From contig JAAOMT010000134.1 in assembly GCA_016748015.1 (NCBI GenBank), forward strand, positions 936,757 to 1,000,756: a stretch of 64,000 nucleotides of DNA, read 5' to 3'. Each line of letters opens with the position of its first letter. Positions within the stretch are counted from its first letter, which is position 1. Source of the stretch: Geosiphon pyriformis uo1 (lineage: Eukaryota; Fungi; Glomeromycota). Shown here one piece after another: positions 23,652 to 34,800 of this stretch. The position numbers and the translations under genes are program-made. The notes beneath the pieces are model-generated. The model ran no database searches. It saw nothing but the letters and a program-made list of their open reading frames with translations, and was not told the origin of the DNA.

Positions 23652-24631
23652 TATTACCAGAGGTTTTTGGTCTCTTTTCTTAAATGTTGTCAATGCTTGT
23701 TTGCTGTGAATTCACGTTTTCTGGATGTGGTTGAACCTCCAATAACTGAATTTATCTTCAAATTATCTCCTATAATTTGAATTGCTGGGCTTATAAGTGG
23801 AATGGCCAATTCTGTGCCAGTTATTTTATGTAGTTATGTTGTAGTAAATGTCAACTCTTTCCCAGGAATTGCTTGTCTGGAAGCTCACTAAAATGTATAG
23901 TTACTTTGCTGTGAAAGTCAAATCTTCTTCAGAAATCTTGTCTGTAGGCTACCCTAATAATTATAATAAGAAAATAAAAAAGAAAATGAAAAGATGTAAA
24001 AGAAATAGAATTCTGTCAAGGGAAACGTTTTCAATCTAGGTCTGGAGTCACTAACAAATTATTGAAATTGGTAGCTAATCAATTTCAAAATGTTAGTTGG
24101 ATTTTGGGGATTTTCTAAGTACAATAATTAAAGAATTTGGTTTTTCAAATTATTTGATATTTATTTTTTTTTGTGTGTGTAGGAATGGTTCTAAGTGATA
24201 AATCTAAAGTAAGATACATTTTCTCGAAAAGAGAAGCTCTTCTTTTATACAACTTGTCATAACACTATTTTATGAACTTAAACTTTGCTATTTTCTACAA
24301 TTTTGCTGAACTAAAGATACATTTCGGCAAACTACAAGTTATTTCTGTAAACTATTAGATATTTCAGTAAACTATCAATTATTTCGGCAAATTTCTATAA
24401 ATTTCAGTGAACTTTTGAATGTTACATAGTTCAGGATATTGCATGATTGATCATCGCAATTAGGTTACATTTGTGTTGTGTACAATTTGGGTTATTAATT
24501 AAATGATAATTTTGGACATTTTTTTGCTAATGTAATAAGTAATAATTTGAACCAATAATATATGCTAATTAATGATAGGAATTATAAGATAGTTTCATGC
24601 TAAATAATATCTCTAATTTCGCCTGGTAACA
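23652..24631 (-). repeat. 5' LTR of A1
   Basis: Pairs with 14761-15740; ends TGGTAACA. Confidence 0.95.
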
Positions 24632-24937
24632 GTAGGTAATAGGGAATTATTGTTGCATATACCTTTCAATGGTTTGATTGATTTCCCTAATGATTGTAAA
24701 ACTGTAGTTTCTTGATAAACTGGTATGTTGAAATAATTCTGTATAGAAGTTTTCTCTTGCAGATTCAATGTTAATTGTTCCTTCTAAGCAGTCTGTGATT
24801 TTATCATTGACATAGAAATTAAAGACTGATTCCACTGGGAAATAATTATTGTTTAATCCTAATTGTTGGCTGTACTGTTGAAACAAGAATTTGGCAAATT
24901 CTAAATGGTTTGTCCCTATGATTTCTGATTCTGCCAC
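24632..24937 (-). pseudogene. 5' end of B1 gag (N-terminal extension)
   Basis: AAAAGTGGCA start, (V)AESEIIGTNHL...; continues at 14760 across the A1 TSD. Confidence 0.8.
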
Positions 24938-24980
24938 TTTTGGATGATTGCTGTTGGTGCTGGTTCTCTGTAGAATTATA

Positions 24981-24997
24981 CCTCACAAGAAGCATCA
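24981..24997 (-). promoter_or_regulatory. Primer-binding site, B1
   Basis: LTR CA + TT + TGATGCTTCTTGTGAGG (decayed TGGTGC...), complementary to a tRNA end CCUCACAAGAAGCACCA. Confidence 0.7.
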
Positions 24998-24999
24998 AA

Positions 25000-25821
25000 T
25001 GTTACAGATAATTATTTGGGATCTCAAGTCAAATAAAAAATCCATAACTTGGTGCTGGTTTGGTATTCTGGTGTTGATATCTGAAGGTTTGGTAAATCTA
25101 AAGGTTTGTTGTAGAGTTTTTTGTATAATAGACAGAAATTTACTATGGTTGATTTAAGTTGTTTTCCTCAAGTTGTTTTCCCAATTTCTGTCTTCAGCAT
25201 AGTGGCCAATTTAATCTAGTAGTCGTGCTCTTCTGATAAGCTGTCCATTAATATATATAATTCTACTCTTATTCCTGTGTCTTTTACCAGGCTATTTGTG
25301 ACATCAATAACTCAGCGCTTTAATTCTCTTAATTAATTTAGTACACAACAATAAAATCAAAGAAAAAAAAATAAAAAAAATAAAAAAAATGAAGAAATGA
25401 GCCAATACAATTACAAGTTAGTATTCTGTCAATAGCTGTGATCAAAAGCTATTGTTCTAGTATAGTTAAGTATCAATTGCTATCAACATAAAGTGTTAAT
25501 AGTGGAAAGTGGATTAAGATAACAAATAATTATTTATTGATATTTGTGAATGGAAAGGTTGCTTAGATTAAATTTAAACTGGGAGGTCTGTCTTTTTTAC
25601 TTCTAATGCTATCATTATATATACATAATTTGGGTTCTATGAAATTGCTCACATTCTCGAGTGATGTGCTATAATTTCTCAAGCAATACTTACATTGCTA
25701 AGCAATATGTTATATTTTCTTGACATTGCTCCATATTGCTGAGCAATGTGCTTACATGCTAATTACTACTTTCTTATTGGCCTACTATTTTTCTATATTT
25801 GTTTTCTTTTTATGAATAACA
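25000..25821 (-). repeat. 5' LTR of B1
   Basis: TGTTACAG...ATAACA followed by TSD TTGG. Confidence 0.94.
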
Positions 25822-26189
25822 TTGGCTTTGAATCAAAAGAAAAATTAAAATTAGCTTTTAATATAAAGCCTATTTTAGATAACATCAAACTTTTTTGAAC
25901 TAAAATAGATCTGGTTTGTTGTAAGAGATGTGAATATTTCAGACATTTAGCTTTGAAGTATAATGCATTAGATATTTGTGTCTTGTTTTTTAAGAAAACA
26001 TATAAAAAAATTGTTTTAGAAAAGAATTATTTTCAGCTGGCTAAGTTGTACATTAAAAAAAATGTTTATATTTTCTATTCTGCTGTCTTTGGTGACAGAT
26101 TTTGGGCACAGATGGTTTTATTGACTGTCTTATTTTATAATATTTGTTCTGGTTCTGGCTTTGGATCTTTTATTTCTGACATATTATAT

Positions 26190-27021
26190 TATTATAGATA
26201 ATTATTTAGAGTATTAAAATAAATAACAAACCTGTAACTTGGTACTCAATAGCTATTAATGTTAATAACTTTTGAAGATTTTTATTGAGTTTTTTGTATA
26301 ATAGAAAGAGATTCAATTAATGGTTTTTTTTGTGAATTTTTTTCTTTAGCATAATGCCAGTTTATTCTAACAGTTATGTTTTTTTAGTAAGCTATTTTAA
26401 AATTTCTTTACTCTTGTTCTTGGGTCTTTTACCAAACTATTTTTAACATTAATAATTTAATGCTTAATTTTTTTAATCAATTAGTAAACAACAATGAAAA
26501 CAAAACAAAACAAAAAAAAATAACAAACAAATAACAGAAAATAAGAAAAAAAATAAAAAAATAGTATTTCATTAATAACTATAATTAAGAACTATTGGTT
26601 CAATATAGTTAAGTATTAAATTCTATCAATACTTTATGTTAATAGTGTAAAATTGATTATTATTTCTTAATTAAATGATGATAATATAGATTAGATGATA
26701 ATAAATAATTTTATTAATATTAGTATAATTCTATTTTAAGTTATAAAAACTATTTTTTAAAGGAAGAAATATTGTTGTTCTGAATTAATCTGTTTTTTTT
26801 TGCTTTTAATACTCTTATTATATATATATAATTCTTGTTATACAAAATTTCACATATTTTTAACCAATATGTTATGATTTTTTTAACAATATACTTATTG
26901 CTAAATAATATGCTTTAATTTTTTGACAATATAGTTACTTATTAAGTATTATTCTTCTATTGGCTTATTTTTATTATTTGTTTTCTCTGTTTCTTTTTTG
27001 TACTCTTTTCTATAAGTAACA
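26190..27021 (-). repeat. Solo LTR, family D (related to B)
   Basis: TATTAT...GTAACA with ATAT on both sides; colinear similarity to B LTR; interrupts LINE ORF1. Confidence 0.85.
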
Positions 27022-28678
27022 ATATATAAAAGAAAGTTTTGTAATTATCTAAAATAATTTGTTTATTGGTGCTTGCTTAACTTTTTTGGAATGCTTTTTG
27101 GAGTTTTTAACTAATTAAGTATCAGATATTATCTGTAAATTAAGCATAATAAATCTAATACTCCTAATACTTATTTTTTAATTTTAATTTCTATTTTTTG
27201 TGGTGTTTGTTCCTTCAAATTTAAAATTAGATGTGGATATGATTTTGGATAACACACTTGTGTTATCTATTCTTTCTTTTATAATTATAAATAATATGGT
27301 TTTAGATTTGAATTTGAGTATGTTAAAAGTTTTAATCATTAAGATATATAAGTTAAAATCTAAAATAGTGATACTTAAAGTTTCTGTTAATTCAGTTTTG
27401 GTAAAATTAGATTAGTTGTATACTGACTTAGATTTTCTGATGTTTTTTTTGTTTTAATGAATAATTTGGTTTGAAAATTTGCTATATATAATATTTAAGG
27501 TATTAATGTTTCTGCCAAGCAAAAAGACATTGTTTATTGACATATAGAATTGGAAAATATAGTTTTGATTATCATGAAAATAAAATTGAAATTTAATATT
27601 AAATTATAGATTATAAATAAGTTTAATAAAGTTAAGATTTTTACTTCTGGTTTGAATATAAGTTTTTTATGGTATTAGTATAACTGTAATTATGAACAAT
27701 TCTTTGGCTTAGCATATTTCAAAGATAAATAATATTTTGAATTGTTTAATTTCAATATGTTTTTTGTTTAAAGACAAGTTTTTGGTTATTATTTTGAGTT
27801 TATATGCTAATATGTCTACTAATACACAATTTGATTAAGCTTTTAATATCAACTTTATTATTTTTAAAGCTGTCAATTCTAATTTTTTTGTGGTTCTGAA
27901 CAGTAATTTCAATAAAAATAATTCTAAAAAAAATACAAACTTTAGGAAATACTCGGAAATAAGTCTGATTAATTTACTTAAAGAATACTTTTTGGTAAAA
28001 ATTTTTATTTAGAACAATTTTAAACAAGCCAAAAAAGTTATTAATTATATTTTTGTTAGTAAAAATTTGTTATTGACAATTATAATATATAAAATTAGTA
28101 GTATTTCTGAATTTTTTGTTACAAATTATAAAGCAATAGTGGTTTTAGTTGGCTTAAAAGATTTTTTGAATACATATTTATAAGCAAGCAAACAAAAATT
28201 GTTGAAAGTTTAATGTTAAAAATGTAGATAGTGTCAAATAAACTTGTTTTAAGGAATGTGTTTCAGCTAAATTATTATTAGTAGTAAATAAGTTTGCAAA
28301 TGTAAAAGCTTTTAATAAGTTAGATAATATGTGAAAAAGTTTAAAAGAAGTAATAATAGATTTAGCAAATGCTACTTTTTTTAAACTTTGGCACAGTAAG
28401 TTTAAATGTCTAAAAAATAAACAATTATTAAAATTTCTTGAATTGAAATTATTGATTGCTAGAATTATAAAAAAATTAAATGCAGACAACAAGTCTGAAT
28501 TTGACTTTTTTCTTATAAAATAATTAACAATTAATAATATTATTACTTATTATTACTTATAAAAAAAGTACAAGAAAAAAAAGTAAGAAAAACAAATAAA
28601 AAATAAACCAATAAGAGAATAGTACTTAGCAAATAAGCACATTTTCAGAAAATTATAACACATTGTTTAGCAATGTGC

Positions 28679-29658
28679 TGTTACCGGAGGTTTTTGGTCT
28701 CTTTTCTGTAATGTTATTGATACTTATTTGCTGTGAATTCACGTTTTCTGGATGTGGTTGAACCTTCAGTAACTGAATTTATCTTCAAATTATCTTCTAT
28801 AATTTGAACTGCTGGGCTTATAAGTAGAATAGCCAATTCCTTGTCAGTTATTTTATGTAGTTACATTGTAGTAAACGTCAACTCTTTCCCAGGAATTGCT
28901 CGTCTGGAAGCTCACTAAAATGTATAGTTACTTTGCTGTGAAAGTCAACTCTTCTACAGGAATCTTGTCTGTTGGCTACCCTAATGATTGTAATAAGAAA
29001 ATAAAAGAAAAATAAAAGAAATGTAAAAAAAATAGGATCTTATCAAGGGAAACGTTTTCTATTCAGACCTGGAGTCACTAACAGTTTACTGAAATTGGTA
29101 GCTAATCAATTTCGAAATGTTAGTTGAGTTTTGGGGATTTTCCAAGTACAATAATTTAGAGAATTTGGTTTTTCGAATTATTTGATATTTATTTCTTTTT
29201 GTGTGTATAAAAATGGTTTGTAAAAGATAAATCTAAAGTAAGATACATTTTTTTGAAGAGAGAAGCTTTTCTTTTATACAACTTGTCATAACACTATTCT
29301 ATGAACTTGAACTTTGCTATTTTCTAAAATTTTGCTGAACTAAAGATACATTTCAGCAAATTACAAGTTATTTCAGTGAACTATTAGATATTTCGGTGAA
29401 CTATCAATTATTTCGGCGAATTTCTACAAATTTCAGCGAACTTCTGAATGTTACATAGTTTGGGGTATTGCATGATTGATCATCGCAATTAGGTTACATT
29501 TGTGTTGTGTACAATTTGGGTTATTAATTAAATGATAATTTCAGACATTTTTGCTAATGTAATAAGTGATCATTTGAAATGATAATATATGCTAATTAAT
29601 GATAGGAATTATAAGATAATTTCATGCTAAATAATATTTCTAATTTTGTCTGATAACA
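28679..29658 (-). repeat. 3' LTR of A2
   Basis: TGTTACCG...TGATAACA; PPT GAGGAGGAGG adjacent on - strand. Confidence 0.95.
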
Positions 29659-30347
29659 TAACCTCCTCCTCAAGACTGAGCTCCGTCGAAGTCCAAGTAC
29701 TGTCTGTTATTTCCAGATAATAATCCAAAATTATTGAAGAAATTTGGTTTGAAAATTGTTGAAATTTCAGTTCTGTGAGCTTTCCAATGTATTGAATCTT
29801 CAAAGATTAAAAAATTGGGTTTTGTAGTATGTTTTCACAGGTGTGAAATAGGTCATAAAGTCTAAGGGCAGCTCTAAGCCTGTAGCAACTGTTTGTTAAT
29901 CCAGTTGTTGTTTTGAATTTGTTGTGGAGTTGTTTTTGAATAGCCTCTTTTGTGAGGTTTGCTGTTGTAAGTTCCAGTTTCCATTCGTAGAGTGTTTTTC
30001 CTATGTGAAAATATCTATAGATTGGAGGATATTCAGTGTTTTCCTCATTGAGACACAGTTGAAGTTTTTGTTGAATTGTAGCATTTGGTGGAATACTAAT
30101 CAGAATGGGCATTAGGTTTTCTCTTAAAACAAGCTTTAAAAGTTCTGGTAGGTGAATTCTAGTATAACTTCTTGTGTTCTTTTTATACAGGTGATATTTT
30201 TGTGAATTTGGGGCTAAATTTGTAACTACTTCTGTTTGGGTATAATTAATGTAGTTTCCAGTAACAGTAATGGATAATTTGGGTATTTGTTTTTAAAGCT
30301 AACATTAGTTTTTGGGATAATTGTTGAATGTTTTAAGGAATAGTCAT
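29627..30347 (-). pseudogene. ORF3 of A2
   Basis: Homologue of 15709-16428 with a 1-nt frameshift and stops. Confidence 0.8.
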
Positions 30348-30465
30348 TATAAGCAATTTGAAATAAAAGAAAATTATTTTTTGGTGTATGGGTTTTTATG
30401 TTATTTTTTGTTTTGTTTTTGTGAGATTGTTTCTAAATTATAAGAAAATAACTAGTAAAATTAAA

Positions 30466-31851
30466 TTAAGTGTTCAGGTTAAAAGGTTGTTCAATGACAA
30501 CTATTGGTTCTAAGTTTTGGAGAATGTCTTCGGGACTGACCAAAGGGGAATGTGTACTGATTTGTGAAATTAATGGTTCAGGATTGTTTCTGAAATGATA
30601 GTGTTTCAAACGATCTCCATGTGCAACTTTTGCTAGGATTTTGTTATCAAGTCTTAGCTTGTATGATCCATTGCCTAGGACTTCATGGATAAAGAATGGT
30701 CCATCCTATTTATTTTCAAATTTTCCACTCCATTGTTTTTTAGCTTTAGTTCTGTGTAAGAGAACTTTGTTTCCAATTTTGAATTTATTGGTAACTGAAG
30801 GCAATTTGTCATCATGCTATTCTTTTTGTTGAGCTTGGGAGTGTTCAATATGGGTGACTGTTATTCATTGTTTTCTTTCCAATGTGCTAAGCAGAGTGTA
30901 GGCTCTTTGCTGAAGCATTTTTTGGAAATTGTTTTTATTGATCAGTTGTGCTGGGTATGTTTCCACTGTGAAACTAATTGGTAACGTTGCCGTCCTTCCA
31001 TAAGTTAAATCAAATGGTGTGTGTTTTGTGGTATCTTGTTTTAATGTCCTATATGCTAGTAACACTGATGGGATAAAGAGATCCCATTCTTGCTCAAAAT
31101 TAGTTGAGACTTTGGCTAATGACTCACACAATGTTCTGTTAAACCGTTCCACAAGTCCATTTGTTTGTGGATGGTAGGGCAAAGACAGAGGTCTTTTGAC
31201 ATTGAATCGTTCACAAATTTCTTGTATCAGGTTGTTCACAAAGTGTGTTCCCTGATCGGATAAAAGTTCAATTGGATATCCATGTCTACAAATAATGTCT
31301 TCGTAGATAAAATTTGCTACTGATTTTGCATCTGCTCGTTGAATGGCTCTGGCTTCAGGCCATTTAGTAAAATAGTCTACAGCTACTGCAATATAACAGT
31401 TTCCTTGAGTGGTAATAGATAGTGGTCCGACTAAATCGATACCAACTCTGTCAAAAGGCTGTCCAACTTTGATTGGATTTAAAGGTTCTGTAGGGTGAGT
31501 TCCTTCTCTTCTTTGACAAATATCACAAGATTCAACATATTTGTGAATGTCTTTTCTCATTTGAGGCCAAAAGTAGTATTCTATTGTTCTTTGGGTGGTG
31601 CTATCTTTTCCGAAGTGTGCTGATGAAAGATCTGAGTGCATATTGTATAAAATGGTCTCTTTTTCCTGTTCTTGTATTAATCTGAGTGGTTTGGTTGGGT
31701 TTTTGAAATTTTGATGATAGATAATATTGTTGTGTAGAAAATATTGTTTGGCTTGTTATTGTAACTAATGTTTTTTGTCTGGGGACCAATCTGTTGGGAT
31801 TGTTAATGTCTCCAAATATTGTTTGAGATTATTGTAGTTTTTGGGGTTCAT
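30466..31851 (-). pseudogene. Stand-alone integrase ORF of A2
   Basis: ATG at 31851 (MNPKNYNNLKQYL); MHSDLSSAHF..CDICQ; GIDLVGP; SDQGTHF; NGLVERFN; 462-codon span. Confidence 0.94.
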
Positions 31852-31899
31852 TGTTTGTTGTTTTGATGCTGTTAATTCAAATGGGTGTTGGTTTTGTTT

Positions 31900-34800
31900 C
31901 TAATCTTGCCTCATCCTTGAGAGACAATCAACGTTGGTGTGAAGTTTTCCTGGTTTGTGGTGTACGATGTATTGGTAATTAGCTAAAAATCCTGTCCATC
32001 AGGTTTGTTTTGCGTTCAGCTGGGTGTTTTTGTTTTGAAGCCATTTAAGTCCAATATTATCAGTGATAATATCAAATTCTTTGGGTCTGAGGTAAAGGTT
32101 GAAGTGATGTAGGGCCCAGATTACTGCTACAGTTTCTAATTCTGTTGTGGGGTAGTTCTTTTCAGCTGGCTTTAATGTTCTACTAGTATAAGCAATTACT
32201 CGCTCATTTCCATTGTCATCTAACTGTGATAGGATAGCACCAAAGGCAGTATAAGAAGCGTCAGTTGCTAACCAGAATCGGTTGCTGAAGTCTGAGTAGA
32301 TGAGGATTGGGGCTGTTGTGAGTTTTTCCTTGAGTATCTCAAAGGCATTTTGGTGTTCTTTTGTCCATTTGTATTCGACATTTTTCGTAGTGAGCTGGTT
32401 GAGGGTTTTTGCAATTTCTGAGAATTCTTTGATGAATTTTTGGTAATAGGATGCTAATCCAATAAATCCTCTTAATTCTGTGGTATTTCGTGGAGTCTTG
32501 AAGTTTTTGACAGTACTGATTTTTCCAGGGTCTGGTTTAATTCCATCTTTGCTAACAATGTGACCAAGAAAAGCTAAACTTGTCTTTCCAAAGTAGCATT
32601 TTTCAATGTTCAGTTTCAATCCTGCTTTCCGTAATCGTTGAAAAACTTCTCACAGGTGAATTAAATGTAGCTCAAAAGATGGTGAATAAACATCAGTGTC
32701 ATCAAGATAAACTACTACTGATTTCCAAAGGAGGCCTTTGTAAACAACATCCATGAGTCTTTGGAATGTTGCTGGTGCATTGCATAATCCGAAAGGCATT
32801 ACATTGAACTCGTAATTTTCTTTTTGAGTGGTGAATGCTGTTTTGGGGCAGTCTTTGAGATCCATAGCAACTTGCCAGTATTCACTCTCTAAATTTAATA
32901 TTGAAAAGTATTTGGACTTTTCAAGGGCATCCAACATGTCATCAATTTGGAGAAGAGGGTAGGCATCCCCAATGGTGACACTGTTGAGTTGTCAGTAATC
33001 AACACAAAAGCATATCTTTCCATTTTTTTTTTAACTAGAACCACAGGTGAGGCCCATGGGCTCATTGATGGTTGAATAAGCCTATTGTTAAGCATCCATT
33101 GTACTTCTTCTCGAATAAATTGGTGACTTTCTGGAGCAACTCGGTAGGCTTGTTGTCACCTGGGTTTGGCATCTCTTGTATAGATTTGGTGTTGAACCAA
33201 ATCAGTTCTTCCTAAGTCATTGTTGTTTTTGGCGAAGATATCAGCAAATTCTGCAATTAGTTCTTTGAGCTGGGTCTGTTGTTGTAGTTCAAGTTGTCCC
33301 ATGTTGATTCGAGATAGTTTTTTCATGACAACATGGTAGTTTTCAGAGCTAGGATTTGGGTTGATTTTCAGTAGTGAATGTCCAATAATTTCAGAGAAAT
33401 CGGAGACTGTTTGGGGTAATTTTTGTTGAAATATATTATTGTGAATAACTCCAATTTCTAAATTATTTAATAAAATTATGGGGTAATTATTGGGGTTGTA
33501 AAAAGTAACTCGGACTTTCTTTGTTCCTTCTGGAATATAAATGTTTGGGATCAAAATATTATGTTTCAAGCAGACTTGTTCATTGAACTCAAAAATTTGT
33601 TGTGTGGTTGTTGGCTTTGTGCAAGTGTAAATTTCTGGATGTTCTCCAAAGGGTGAGATGGTAATCGGTTGTGGAAGTCTGAGAATCTGGTGGGATTCGT
33701 TCTGTGTGTTAAGAGCTATATTAACTGGAACTGTGAATTGTCCAGTTGAACCAAAACCTTGGGTTTCTCTATCGCTTTTTCCTAATTGTTCTCTTTGATT
33801 GACTAGTTGCAAACCCGAAATGTTGATTAAGGGTAGGTAAATAGCTTGGGCAATTTTTTCAGCATGTTCAATCTTGAATGGTTTGTCAGTTTCATTTTAA
33901 AGCATTACTGTTATGTCTCCAGTATATCTAGCATCGATTATTCCTCCTCTGACATTGATTCCTTTGCTTGCCAGAGAGGACTGAGAGACGATTTGAACCA
34001 TTGCTCCTGGTGGGATTTCGAGTGCAATTTTGAGGTTGATTTTTGTGAGAGATTTGGGTTTGAGAACAAGAGTATCTTTGCCTGGATATCTTAGGTCATA
34101 TCCAGCATCAATTTCGTGTGCTTTTTCAGGTTTTATTCCTTGTCCATTGTTGTTGAAATATTTAAGTTGTAAGGCAGGCTAATTTTTGATAAGGTAGATG
34201 GGTGTTGTTTCAATTTCTTCTGTTTCTTCAGGTTCTCCAAATTCAATTTCATTCTCATCATTTTCGCTGGGCAAGGGGATACTAAGAGCATAGCATTCGG
34301 AACACCATTGTTCATTGCAAGGCATAATGCATTCTTCACATAGCCTAATGTTCATTTGCTCTAATCATTGAATTTGAGCTTCTTGGGTCGAGTAGGTGTG
34401 ACTTGCAATTTGGTGATAGACTTTTACTTCATCTTCGTAATCGAATCCAGCTAATTCCATAGTGTATTCAATGTATTCTGCTTCCTTCATTTGATGAACA
34501 TCTTCTTTGGTAGCTTCATTAATTAATGCCATTGCTAAGTCGAAAATCATCTCGGCATCATGAGGGTAGTGATAAAGTTTGTTGAAAGCACTGTTGTATG
34601 CTGCATTAAAGGGTGTTCCTCTTTTTACTTTTTCTGAAATTGATAAGGCATATTGGCAGGTCTGATCGCAGACGCCTTTTCTCATTGCTACATTAATTCA
34701 ATTGCATTCTTCTGGTAGCATATCTTCACAAGTCAAACAAGCAGTGTTGTCCCATTTTCTGCTTCTTTTTATTAGATGGCCCCATTACTCTCTGTGGCAA

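Larger units (their letters stand above)
14761..24631 (-). mobile_element. Ty3/Gypsy element A1 (full length) inserted in B1 gag
   Basis: LTRs 14761-15740 and 23652-24631; TSD GTAG at 14757-14760 and 24632-24635. Confidence 0.96.
5031..25821 (-). mobile_element. Ty3/Gypsy element B1 (full length, decayed, two nested insertions)
   Basis: LTRs 5031-5862 and 25000-25821; TSD TTGG at 5027-5030 and 25822-25825; domain order gag-PR-dUTPase-RT-RH / IN / ORF3. Confidence 0.95.

Noticed and set aside
31852-31902. Programmed UAG readthrough joining RH to IN
   Set aside because: In frame only in A2 (48 nt); A1 (49 nt) and B1 (31 nt) are out of frame. Not fully excluded without more copies.
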